Source: Selaginella moellendorffii (lineage: Eukaryota; Plantae; Lycopodiophyta). Taken from it: a stretch of 64,000 bases of DNA. The notes below the pieces were generated by a model, which was not told where the DNA came from, did not search any database, and worked only from the letters and a program-made list of their open reading frames with translations. Both the position numbers and the translations under genes were made by a program. Location: positions 895,370 through 959,369 of the forward strand of contig NW_003314285.1 of assembly GCF_000143415.4 (NCBI RefSeq), given 5' to 3'. Below, piece after piece: positions 10,118 to 22,548 of this stretch (its first letter is position 1; every line of letters starts with the position of its first letter).

Positions 10118-12008
10118 ATGCTACTAGTAATGTTGTTTGCCTTAGTAGTTCCTCATACATTAGGGCAAACGATCCAGGGCAAGGATGAGGAGAAATGCGC
10201 CTTGGCGCCTCGCTGCACGAATCCAGGTCGGTGCTCCAATGGCTCGGCCTGCTACCCCGACACGATGCGCTCCGGCAACCGATCGCTTCGCGCTGGATCT
10301 TGCCTCGACGATTCATCCGCCGGCTTGTAACATCTGCGCCCCCAGCTCCACTCTGATCTACAATGGCACGCAGATGTGCCCCGAGTGCTGCGTTCCCGGC
10401 CTGGCCTATCGCTTCTATGCGTGCTCGCCGCCACTCCAGATCGTCAACCGGGCCGTGCTCTACTCCACGACTTTTGGCGAGAATCTGTCCTGCACGGATC
10501 AAGTCTTTTCCATCCAGGATCAGGTGGTATCGCTGGCTTCCGGGTGGATCCAGCGCAACTTCAGCATTTGTCTCACCAATATCAACATCACTGCTCCAAA
10601 CAATCGCAGCGTCGTGGCCAAGATCGTGGACGAGTGCTCGTCCAAAGCTGGATGCACTGCCGCCACTGCTTACTGGGAGCCGTGTGCTCCCAACGCCATC
10701 GCTGGAACTCCCGGGGTGTGGAGCGCTCTTGGATACGATCCGGGGGATGGAATTCTCAGGGACGTAAGCTGGAGCAAAACGAATGCGTCAGTGAGTGCCT
10801 CTGAAGGAGGAGGAGGAAGATCCAAGAAGAAAAACACTGGGGTTATCGCTGCAAGTGCTGTGGTGGGATTCGTGCTCTTGGCAATGGTTCCAGTGGGATT
10901 TTATTGGATCAAGATCAAGGCGAGGTTGGCTCTCAGGAAAAGGAACCAAGAACAGGTTGAGGAGATCAGTACGCTAGGTGGTCTTCCCAAGCAATTCAGC
11001 TACCATGACTTACACAAGGCCACAAGGAACTTTGCGAAGAAGTCGATGCTTGGAGAGGGAGGATTTGGCATGGTTTTCAAAGGCAACCTTTCAGATGGAA
11101 CGACAGTGGCTGTGAAGAGAATGGACGTGGAGATTGAGGGATCGAACGAAGGGCAGCAGCAGTTCAAAGCGGAAGTTTTGTCAATTGGAAGCATCCGTCA
11201 CTACAACCTCGTCCAGTTGAGAGGCTTTTGCATACACGGGCCTTCTTCTCTGCTGGTTTACGAGTACATGAGCAACGGTGCTCTGGACAAATGGATCTTT
11301 CGAAAGGACTCGCGGTTTCTAGATTGGAGCCAGAGGCACCAAGTTGCGGTGGACGTTGCTAGAGGCTTAACATATCTTCACGAAGGCTGTAGAGAACAGG
11401 TGCTTCACTTGGATATCAAGCCGCAGAACATTTTGCTGGACGAGAACCTGAGAGCGAGGATCGCAGACTTTGGCCTCTCGAAGCTCGCGGAGAGGGGGAA
11501 GAGCTACGCAGTGACGGCCATGAGAGGCACTCCGGGATACATGGCTCCGGAGTGGCTCCATACAAAGGTGACGGACAGGACCGACGTTTACAGCTTTGGG
11601 ATCGTGCTGCTGGAGCTGCTAAGCTCGCGGAAGAGCTTGGAGATTCAGAAGCACTCCTCGAGCGTGGCTTCCACCTCGGCGGCTTCTTCATCGTCGGCGT
11701 CATCGCAGGGGGTCTTCATTCTCGGTCACACCGCGGCGAGGCTCTTCCACAGTGGAGATGTGTCGACGCTGGTGGACAGGGGCCTGGAAGTGGACCTGAG
11801 CGTCGCGGAGAGATTTACGAAGATCGCGCTATGGTGCATTCAAGAGGATTCCGCGAAGAGACCGTCCATCGGAAACGCTCTTGCCATGCTCGAAGGTGAC
11901 TTGGAGGTGGGAGACTTGCCTCCTCCTCCTCCAAGCGGCGCAAGCTCGCCGGTTCTGAGATCTCCGGGCATGGATTCGTGGAGTAGCTCGCTACAATCTG
12001 GCACCTGA
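10118..12008 (+). CDS. Kiwellin-ectodomain non-RD receptor-like kinase; copy 2, with an apparent 1-nt frameshift at about 10325
   Basis: ATG 10118 gives a signal peptide (MLLVMLFALVVPHTLG) and Cys-rich segment ending SCLDDSSAG. The rest is in another frame: CNIC...YACSPP, VVSLASGW, VVAKIVDEC, VWSALG, TM, GEGGFG, VAVK, HLDIKPQN, DFG, MRGTPGYMAPEW. Removing one T joins them. Confidence 0.85.
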
Positions 12009-12194
12009 TCATCGTTTCTTTTATCAGGTAATAGATTAAACTTTCTCTATAGTTTTCTATTATTTGTTTTCAATTTTCTTTTCTTTTTCTTTTTCTCTTT
12101 GTAGCAGGCGATTTGCTTTCGCCTGTGCCGCAAATGGTTAGACAATTATGTACATAACATCTCTCTCGCCTAAATTTTTTTGCTTCGATCTCGT

Positions 12195-15100
12195 CTAGAA
12201 GTTTTCTTTGTGAAACTCAAACCTGCAGCTTGATTGCTGTGTGTATTCCTGTGAAAGTGTGCGTAGCTCTTTTGCTAGCAGCGCCGGGCCGCAGTAAAAA
12301 ACACCTGCGAATATCAAAAAGCTATATGGAAAGTGAAAACCAATTTGACTGACCAATTGTGGAGTTAGCATGCGTCGTCGAAAGGTTTGAGAAAACTTTG
12401 CTCCAGTTTGGACGAGCAAAATGTGTGCGTACCTGGAAGTTTATATACGATTGATATTATTACTCAGAAAAACCATAAGAAAATACCCAAAATTCATACC
12501 CGAGTTCCAGAAACAATGTCAACTCCGTTTTTTGCATGGTGCAATGCTTGAACCATTGCAATGAGAGCAGACCTCGCGTCACCCTCCTCATAAACACTCG
12601 TGAGATAGTTGTGCATCTCAATCACGGCCTGATAAACAAAAGATTGATAATCCAAACTTTGGAGGAACATAGAGAGGTTTTACCTTGTGATCGATTTCCG
12701 CAACTTCATTCATGACACCTTTAAACCACTCGAACGATCCCTGCTCCCGCGTCACCCAGTAGAAATACGCGTTTGTGGGACACTTCCGCTTGCGTCTACG
12801 TGGGCTTTCGAGCGAGTGTCTCCTGGGGCTCTCCAGCGCTAGTGCTCCGTTGGGAGATCCAAATGACTTGCTCATATCAATCGAGAATGATAAATCCTGC
12901 AAGCACAATCGATCGAGCCTAGCTTTTGTTACTCACGAGAGATCGTTTGAAGAGGCTTGAGCGCACTTACTTGCAGCTGATCGGCCATCTTGCGCTGGTT
13001 GAGCATGTCTTTGAGAATGCTGATAAAGGGAGTGGCACCGATTCCCAGTCCAATGAGGAGAAGAACATCGTACTTTCTATAGTCTTGCGAAGGACCTCCA
13101 TACGGGCCGTCTATCACCAGCTTTGGGAATTTGCCTAGCGAGGTTGGGATCTCTTCCGTGGTTAGTTCCTCCCTTAACAATCCGCTCTTGCTGTCTGTGG
13201 ATGGCTCGCAAACCTTTGTAACAAGAATAAAATGATCAAATAAGAAAGTTGGCAAACCATATCATTGGAAACAAATTGTACCTCAGAGAAGAGCTTCCTC
13301 ATCTTTTGCGTCCAGTCGCCCAAAGTTCTGATGTGAACGCTCAGGAAATCCTCTCCTGGAGCGGAGGTTATGGAGAAGGGATGCCTGTGGAAAACATTAT
13401 AAGCTTCAAAGGCAAGAACCATAATTTGCACCATACCATTCGAAGGGCGAGATTTCAGCGCACTTGAGGAAGAGATACATTCCACTGTGGTAAGTGAATC
13501 CAGGAGGCTTGCTCATGTGTAAAGCTAGCACATTTCCGGGGTATATCGCAGCCTTTTCGACTATCATAAGAAAAAGCCAAAATCTTTCCAAAAACCTTGC
13601 TTACCTTGATGATTTGTACAGTGTAATTGGCCCTGCAAGCTCGATACGCTCGCTCTCCAGCATACAGCAGTAGGGGCACAGCCAAATACATCCATGTCTG
13701 CAATTCAAAATTCTGCTATGAAAAAGATAAAAAGGAGTTTTAGCTTACATTTTTTTCGTGCCACTTGTAAGTAAGGAAGAGGAAGAAGGAATGGACGAGG
13801 AGGAGGATGTAAACGACGATGAGGAGGTGATGCGAGTACCAAAACGCATTGAAACCGGTAATGTTTTTGAGAGGCCAGGGAAGTTTGATGAGATCTCTCC
13901 GGAACCATCTCGACGCGAGAGTGAAGGCGATGACCATCAATACTACCATGATAATTCCCGTCACCCCTTCCACCGATCGAAGAATGTCCACATAAGTTGG
14001 CTTCTTGTTGTGGAATCCTTTCCCGATCATCCTTACAAACTCCTGGTCAGGATAGTTGACAATCCTAACGAAATCGCAAGCCAGGTGAGTTCCTGCGTGG
14101 ATGAGAACCCCCACAACAATCCCTAGAGCAATGATCTGCAAAGTATACAAAAACGTTGACGGCCAAGTTGGTATACAACTTTCTCGAAGGTGATCTTACC
14201 TTGTGGAAGTTGATATCATCGTCAAAAGGAACAAGATTCCCGAGCCAAGTCGATCGAAGCCAGGTGATCGTCTTCCTGCAAACCGGGAAGAGGATCAAAG
14301 CCATGTTGAGCTTGAGCGTCTCGGCAGCACCCTTGGCGGTACAAACGCAGTAGCCCATGACTTGGAACGCCGCCTTGTTCTTGTACTGCACAAACTTCCA
14401 GCTGAAGAGCCCGGCCATGGCCATAATCCACAGCGACACCACCCACATTCGCCTCCAGTTATCACCCAAAGAATGCCGCGAGTTCCTCAGGAATCTCTGC
14501 AATCGGCGTGAGATGCCTGGTGCTTTCGTGCTCGTGATGATCTGGTTCGCCTGCTGGCTGCTGTGATCCTTGGGGTGTGGTCCTCGCATCAGCAGCGTCT
14601 CTAGTTGCCATAGCTGCAAACCATGGAATGCAAACCAAAAGCACCAAAAAGGTGGTGTCAGAAAAAACGTTGAGATACTTGTGACGGATTGGAACACTTT
14701 AGATTCCCATCCGAAGCTTCTTCTTTGCTTTCTTTTCTGTTCCCACGTCTAAATCTTCATTTCCTACCTCGATGTAGCCCAGGTTTTCCGGATCCAGTTC
14801 TTCCATGATGAGCGCGGCATATTCCTCGGCCTGCTCCTTGAGTTTCGACAGCCGGTTGGCGGACGCACTCAGCATTATCACCTGCCACCATTGCAAGTGT
14901 TCAGCAATTCTCTTCTGGATATGCAAAAAGAAAAAGAGGAGAAAGAAACAAAATCTGGAAACTTTTTGAAGTTTCAAAAGGTTTGTAAAAATGCATACCT
15001 CTTTCACCTCCCTCTCTGAAATCCGTCCATCGAGGTTCTTGTCACACCTATGAGGCGGCGGATCAGCTGCTAATTACATGATTACGAGCGGGACTGACTT

Positions 15101-15362
15101 ACATGTCGAAGAAGATCTGCATCCTCGCATCGAAGCTCTGATCAGAGATTTGCAACCAGAAATCGTACATGTCCCTCTTCGACAGCTTCCTGAGCTGCTT
15201 GAGCCCTCGCCTCCGCGCCAGAGCATCGAAGAGCTCCGCGGCAAATTCGTTGGAATCCTCCATTCCTGTCGATCAGAGGCCAAGCAGATCAGTGGTGTTC
15301 CTTCGAGCGATCAAAACCAAACGGTAGGAAAGTGTTGCTTGGATCTTTTCTCATGGCTAAAG

Positions 15363-15394
<32 letters not shown>

Positions 15395-15974
15395 TCTTGG
15401 AAAGGGAAACATTACCAATGCACAGCCCAAAATCCGATTTGTCGATGAAGCCCTCTTCGCTGGCGAGCTTGTCGAATCGCCGCGACACCAATTCCCACGC
15501 CAGCTTCTGGTTGTTGCTCTTGCTGATGAATCGCAGCCCCTGCAATGCGTGCTCGGCCCCCGATTTGGATCTCGCCAGCCTGCGGATGTCCGCGCCACGG
15601 CTGCTCGGCGCCACCACCTCCTGATCCTTGGCCTTCTTCCCCGACCGCGACGACAATTGCCGGACATGGCTCCACACATCCCCTGTGAATTTGCTGAGCT
15701 TGGCGGACGCGCTCTTGATCAGCGCTGCCGTCTCCTGTGGCGATGCCCTCTTGGAATTGGAATTAGATCGTGTGTCGAGCAGCAGAGTATTGCCGTGAGG
15801 ATCAGCCGCTTGGGCGCTCTGCGCTGGAATCGGTGCGATGCTCCGGAGGGTCACTGAATCCTTCCTCACATCCAGCGTCAGCTCCACGAGTTGGTGATAC
15901 TCGCCCTCTTTCGGCTGATTGAAATCGTTGATCTGGAGCTGGATTGGGGGCAGAGACACCTGGTGGTAGTCCAT
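12195..15974 (-). CDS. RBOH: Respiratory burst oxidase homolog (NADPH oxidase), multi-exon
   Basis: [19 protein letters not shown]-hand exon ([14 protein letters not shown]), [73 protein letters not shown]. Confidence 0.97.
15363..15389. repeat. (GA)n microsatellite in first RBOH intron
   Basis: About 13 GA units read directly. Confidence 0.9.
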
Positions 15975-18368
15975 CTTTTTTGCCTTTCTTTTCTCTCCCC
16001 CACGAGGAGAGATTGATCGAATTCGTCTCTCGAGGGATAGAGAGACCACCGCGCTCTTTCCTTATTTAATTCGTGGGCGTGGACTCGGCCTCCTCGAAAA
16101 AAAAATGGTGGCAAAAGATTCTTCCTATATTTCTTTGGGAAATCAAACTCGAGATGATCATCGATCACAAACTCCAGCAAAAATTCCTAGCTCTAGACAC
16201 GAAAACCTTTGCTCTCCTTGCCACAGTTGTTCCAAAGACTACACTCGAGAGCTACAGCCACGATAGCATTCTCGAAAACCAAAGTGGCCCTACTTTACTA
16301 GAATGTTAAAAAAGATGGATTTTTCTCGCTTCACCCGCTCGCTTTAAACTTGAAAGAGTTTTTCTTGTCCATGTCTCTCATTCTTTCTTCCCTCTTCTTC
16401 TTCTTCTTCTTTTTCTTCTTCTTCGTTGTTTGTTTATCTTTTCCTCAAATTGTTTGTAGATTGTGAGTTTACACCACTGTCAAAAAAGAATTCACCTCTT
16501 TCAGGTTCCTTGTGGATTTTTGGTAACTCGGGCAAAAACATGACGTGGGGGTAAGAATTTCCAAAAGGCATGACGTGGGGTAAATTCCAGTCTTGGCTGC
16601 ACACCAGCAGTTACACAAGTTCACACTGCCAAAAGCTCTCACGGTAAATTCGAAAGCAGTGATTTTATCTGGTCCCAATAAAAGATCAGAGAGAGAGAGC
16701 AACTCCTTCGCTTGGATTTCCATGATTTCATCCCGTCAACATTTCTGTAGTTTGCATTACGCGGTTTGACAACGTAGTCCTCCCCACAGATGAATTTCAT
16801 CTCATCTTCTCGAAGAACAAAGACAAAACTAGGCATCGTCGCCATCTTCGTATTATATGTTTCCCTTGTTGCCAAGTCCGGCATCTTGTGTACTTGTGTG
16901 TAGCTTTTCGCGCAAGGCATTTCAATTGCAAGAAGCTCTCCAGGAGATCTCTACGAATTCTTAATGTCTTTTCTGTCTGGAAACATGATACACCCATACA
17001 CCACATACATTTGTTTAGCGCCTGCAGAACTTTATTCTACCAAATGCCGTGTCACGTCTTCCGCTGCTATGTGATCTTGCAAATCTGACCATTTGCTCGT
17101 TTCGCTGTTCTAGAAAGCCTGGCCTATGTCTAGCTTAGCCGGCAACAAAATTTCAATCCGAAAAGCCTAAAATACCGAATGACTGTTTTGACCAATTTAT
17201 ATCAAATTGTTCCGTTTGTGCTTGAGAGTCAACTGCTGATCAAGGGACGACGAGAAAGAAAGAAGCAAAGAAATGAAATAAAATAAAAAAGAGAAGAGAA
17301 GCTTCTGAAAGTTTGAAGGCCTAGACATTACGCAAGTTTGTTTGTGTGTCATGTTCCTCGAAGATTGACATTGAGATCGAATTAGGGAGCCACAGCTCTA
17401 TGGCAGTTGTGAAGTTCCAGATTGATTGAGATATCCAAGGCATGGCTATCTGTTCTTCCTCGTCTATCTCCCTCTCTCCTCTTTTCGCTCTTTGTGCATG
17501 GAGACATTCAAAGGTGGATGATTGCGATGCATCAGAAGTTTTCTATGAAACATGCCCCACTAGAGACAGCGAAACAAGAACAGAAGGTAATACAAACGTA
17601 CAAGTACTTCAGACTGTAGAACATTCAGAAGGACAATCAAAATCGGGAAAAGAAAGAGGGTTTTCATGGCTAAGTTCAGAAAACTTGATAGAGAGAAACG
17701 CCTCATTGTGTCGTTCTTTGGGTGGTACAGGTGATCCAACCTTTGTCTCTTTGCAGTGGATGACTTGCCCTTCAAAGGGATATTTGCCTATGAGAGCAGC
17801 AAAGGTAAGCACACTCCAAAAGACAGTTAGTGTGTTTTTGTGGGTCAATGCTGTGATTTCAGCAACAAGCATGGCCAAAGGTGTCAAAGACCATCGGGTC
17901 ATCTAAGTTGGTGTCACTGGTGAGGACCATACCTTCCAGTCAAGCATAGTCAAACCCCACATTTCAAGCTACAAGCTTTCGTTTTGTTTTGTCTACCACA
18001 AAAATATTCACACAAAGTATGTATAGTTTACAAGGTAGATTGCACTTTGCCTCCTTTCTTCCAGTGATTGAACCATTTGGACACGGAAATGGGGCCTCCA
18101 GCTCTGAACAAGGAAAAACAAAAACCCAAATGTAATTCAGCAATTATCAACAAGGTTTGGGATTTGGGGATCTTTCTTTGTTAATATACAGACAGAAAAT
18201 GGAGAAAAGAAGAGAGAAAACAAAAAAACGAGACAAGATGATCTAGTCTGTGGCTATAAAACACAAAAAGCAGTAGCAGTTATAATCAGGCGAGCAAATT
18301 GCAAACGACGCACAGACACCATTCAGCCTGAAAAGTTAGACGCTAAAGAAGAGAGATTTGGCCACACA

Positions 18369-20358
18369 TTACCTCACGATTCCATTCTCGTGAGCAGGAC
18401 TTTTAGCCTTCCTCGAGCCTCCTCCTCCAAACGGGGTCGACACCGTTTTCCCCACAAACTTCCCGGCCTTTGTCAGTCCACCTCCCACAGCATCCATCGT
18501 GCTCCCAATCATTCCAGCCTCTTTTGCCTTCTGCTTCTCTTCCAGGAACTTCTTCTCCATCTCCATCGCCGCTTTCTGTTCCTCCGGCGTGTAGACGTGG
18601 TATTTCAGCTGCTCGGACAGAGGAAAGCGCTAGCTTAGCTAAACCAGGTACCGAAAAAAGCTAGCTCAGTTTCTAATAGCTTACCCGGACAGTGATGGTG
18701 CCTCGGTCTTTCTTGTCGCGTACGTTCATCTTGTCCAGTGATGGAAGTAGATCAAAGACTTCCTCCTTCGTTTCCTCTGGCAAAAGTTTGGCTACGCGAT
18801 AGGAAACTATTCCCAGCAGAGCATCCTTTTGACCAACGTCTTCGTCATAAACCTACACACAACAAGAAATGTGTAGCTCGAGCCTGAAGAAAGTAACAGG
18901 TACCTGTAAGGTGAGGAGCTGGGTCTCATGGTCTTCGATATCGAAGTTGAACTCTGCATTCCACTCGGGATTCAGGTTATTATTGACAACCTTGGTTTTG
19001 AACTTGAAGAGGGGCCGCACGTACGCAACCACATACGGATCAGACCTTCCAAACATTTCCATGTTTTTCAAGGAATTGGCCTTTATCACTCCAACTGTAA
19101 GCCGGCCTTGAAGTTTCAGCTCGAGGTCGCTGAAGCGAAAGAAAACGTAAGACTGCCGTTAAAAGCAACGTGAAACGTGTACCTTGTGTCAACAGGAAGT
19201 CCTCCAATGGGTATCACCCTCCTGTGAGGCCACTCTAACTGATCCGTAATAGCATCCTCGACCAAATCCTGTAAAAAGCAATGCCCCGAAAGTTTGAATG
19301 GCAGCTTTCCTCGAAGCACGGAACCTTTATCATGTCTGCGAGGCCAGGAACTCCTGTCAAGCTTCCACCAATCACCTTCAGAGTGTACTTAACTTCTGGT
19401 TTCGGCTGCATGGTAAAAAGCAAATGAGTGTGACACAGTGATGGCGAAAAAAGAGACTCAAGGATACATTACCTTGGCTAGCAGCGCCACAACGACGGCT
19501 GAAATACAAGGTATATTTTCCGAAAGCTGGAAAATCACTCTAATAGTCGCAAAAAATTTGAGGTTTTTTAACTGGTCGAAGGAGGAGAAAATTTAGTGCG
19601 AGGTGAAACTTCTCTATCTCGTTCCATACCTGTACAGGTAAGCTGGCTCCGACGAGTGTCTGAATCCCCAGAATGATACTTGCATCGCCATTCCAACGAA
19701 AGTCCATGTCCATCGTGATTTGACCCGGTTTTAGCGTCTGGATCCTTATGCCTGCATCCAGTTTTCTAAAAACCAAACAATACAAAGTCACGAGTCACCT
19801 TCGATTTGCGGTGCCAGGCGTCCGAGGGAGAGCTTGTCAAATTTCAAAGAAGAAATGCCAATCGGCCGGTATTGCTCCAGAACCGGCTCCACGGACTCCC
19901 GGATGATCTCTTGTGCGGCCTGGAAAACAAACATATAGTTTAAGACTCAGATAGAGACGAAGGAAGGACCAACTTACTCCTGCAACGTAAGGCCAGACTT
20001 TCTCGAGTTGCTTGTTCATCCATTTCACCTGCGACGAGAAAAGTTTAGAAGCGAGGCCTTAAGACAAGAAACTATCGCTACTAGAAATCCACTTACGCGC
20101 TCAAACTCTGGAAAGATCACCCACGGGGGGAAGGCATCGTATAGAAGTTTCTTCACTTCGTCTTGGGACATTTTCCCTAGTAGCTTGATATTCGCAGCCT
20201 GGAAGAAAAGAAGATAGCGCATAAATTTGCTACTCCAGCCAAACGAAACAAACCTTGGCGATACGTTGCTTGCTCCGGCAGCGCATTGCAAAGCACCATC
20301 CTGCTACCAATCCTATCCCGACTATTACCCCGAAAAGCAACCCCGTGAGCAATCCCAT
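18369..20358 (-). CDS. CLB1: Calcium-dependent lipid-binding protein, synaptotagmin-like (TM-SMP-C2-coiled coil)
   Basis: MGLLTGLLFGVIVGIGLVAGW, FPPWVIFPEFER, KWMNKQLEKVWPYVA, GQITMDMDFRWNGD, C2 domain GRSDPYVVAYVRPLFKFKTKVVNNNLNPEWN; matches the CLB1/SYT7 architecture. Confidence 0.92.
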
Positions 20359-20586
20359 CGATCCGCCTTGCCACCGGCCGCGAAATCCCGCCTTAATGGG
20401 CACGAATCACGCTCCCAGCTTCACAGCGCCCGCATTTCTCCCGGAAGCGGGGAAATATCGATCGGCAGCACTAAAAGCTAGAAAAACCCCAGCGGATTCT
20501 TCGCTCCTACCTGAGCAGCGGATCTAAATTCGATGGCCGCGCCCTCCCGCCGGGCGCCAATGTGAGCGCCATATCCCTGGAGCTCG

Positions 20587-20589
<3 letters not shown>

Positions 20590-20617
<28 letters not shown>
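20590..20617. repeat. (CT)n microsatellite / GAGA element upstream of CLB1
   Basis: About 14 CT units. Confidence 0.85.
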
Positions 20618-21188
20618 GACGAGGAGGAAAATACTAAGTTAGCCTTCCTCAATCCACACGGCCAGCGAATATACCAAAAGAGCTCGCGTCCTGCCGCGTG
20701 TGTGGTCCTGTACGGACGGCTCCATTTTCTCTCCTCGCAGAAGTACGGACTGATCCCATGGCCGTTGGAGGGGCTCTAATTTATGCGAAGTGGACGTGCA
20801 ATCTTATGCCAAATTTTTCTATCCACGAAACCAATGCCTGTCGTGGTTTGTGATGTGTATGCTTATATATCAATGCCTGCCATGTTTCGTTGTTTTCTTC
20901 GTGATATTTTTTTTTTCACTGTTTCTGTCGAGAAAAAATCTGGAAAGCCACCGACACGGCGCAGAGAAGAAGAAACATAAGGAAGGAAAAGAGAGATTGA
21001 GAGATTTTAATTGTCACAAGTTTGGATATGGATCGCTGGAGACTACGTTTGATTGAGTCAGTGCAGGAAACAGTAACGTTCCAAAAGCACAGAATCATTG
21101 GGAGAGATCAGCTGTGGAGTAAATTATTGCGGAAAGTTGGTCGCGCCATTTGGAGCAGTGGTCGCGGAGGTTTGGAAGTTTTACATTC

Positions 21189-22436
21189 TTAGAAGCCAAT
21201 CGATTGCCAGCCTTTCTTCTCCAGCGCCTTTCGCAAAGCCTGTGTGGTGTTCTTCAAGTTAGTCCACAAAACTAGATTTCCACAAAACTAATGGAAGAGT
21301 GCGCTTACTCTGATTCTCTTGCGATTAGCATCGAAATCCGACGATCCCACGCGAGAAGCCGACCTGTACTCAACCAGCGATCGATTCCCAGGCGGGAACC
21401 AAAACTCGACATCGTCTACAAACTGGAAGAAAAAAAAATTAAAAAATTATAGCGTGAAACCAAACTCCGAGAAAAAAAAAAGAGAAAAACTTACACCCAG
21501 ATAGGGAGATTGATACTCAACGTAGACGTAATCGTCAGTGTTCTTGACGATGTTTGGAGTATAGTTTTCCGGCTTGGTTGAAGATATCTGAAAGAAAAAA
21601 TAAAATTTTTGAACCAAAAAAAAAAAAAAAGATTCTTAGAAGCTTACAACAGCGAGAAGCTCTTTCATGGCCTGCTCTCTGGTGGCGGGGTTTTTTCTTC
21701 CACGTCCATCTTCTGGATTATACGTCCTGTCACCACGTTTCCCATAAGCCAAGAGAAAAAAAGGAAAAAAAAAAGAGTTGATTTTATTACCACGGAGGTA
21801 CGTAGTGAGATGGATCGTTTGCTTCTTCAGAGGTTGAAATGCAATTCGGAGTTGGAGGGCACAGCGCAAGGGACGGCGGATTTTTTTGTATTCCAAGATA
21901 GTCAGGTCGCGTTCCACTGGGTTTTTGGAATTTTTTTCTAGCCTCTAATCAAGGCGAGAACGAAAGATGAACAAACAAAAGATGAATACCTGAAGTTGAA
22001 AATGGCAGCCAGAGATGCCAATCCGCTCGACTGAAGCAGCAAAGTTCTGTAGAACAAGAACACCAATCAATCAAATCAATTGCAAGACAACAAGATCAAA
22101 AGAGAACAAAATCCACAGTGACACGAGGATTACCGTCTGCTAGAGCTGCTTTCATCGGAGCGTAAGATGATTGGATTCTTTGTGGGAGTGGAACCCCGTG
22201 AACCGGACAGAGACGCTTGGCTCAAGCTTCGAAAAAAAAAAAGACAAAAAAGAAAAAATAAAGAAAAGAAACTGTGAGACACACATGAAAGAGCTCCCTG
22301 TAGGCCCGAAAGGAAGAAAAGGAAAAGAGAAACAACCACAGCCATGGTCTTTGAATCTTTGTTTCTCTTTTCTCTTTGTATAATGCGAAGAAAAATCATG
22401 AAGGAGCACTCACCAAGACAGAGATACGCAAGCCAT
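21189..22436 (-). CDS. DUF1499 family protein, many short exons (not captured by the ORF track)
   Basis: Spliced exons translate to RPDYLGIQKNPPSLALCPPTPNCISTSE, TYNPEDGRGRKNPATREQAMKELL, DDYVYVEYQSPYLG, FVDDVEFWFPPGNRSLVEYRSASRVGSSDFDANRKRIR, ALRKALEKKGWQSIGF*. CP..PNC and FVDD.EF..RSASR.G..D...NRKRI are DUF1499 hallmarks. Start codon tentative. Confidence 0.88.
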
Positions 22437-22548
22437 CCTTCTCCTTCAATCGCCCAAACAGATGGATATAGGGCAACCACCACACAACATAAACCTTCTA
22501 AGCTTGGCAGATAAAGTTTGAATTTTGCAAATCTTTCCAGTTCTTTTT

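Noticed and set aside
10185-10320. N-terminus MRRNAPW... of the 607-aa ORF as the true start
   Set aside because: No signal peptide; the signal and kissper-like Cys pattern are in the frame starting at 10118.
8129-11899. Many overlapping and antisense ORFs within the RLK genes
   Set aside because: Shadow frames of GC-rich coding DNA with no motifs of their own.
15078-15857. 259-aa plus-strand ORF
   Set aside because: Antisense to RBOH exons and runs through a GA microsatellite.
16469-17906. ORFs of 65-154 aa between RBOH and CLB1
   Set aside because: No recognisable motif or consistent splice pattern; cannot support a gene.
21100-22500. Possible lncRNA, pri-miRNA or CLE-like short ORF
   Set aside because: Explained by the short exons and 3'UTR of the DUF1499 gene.
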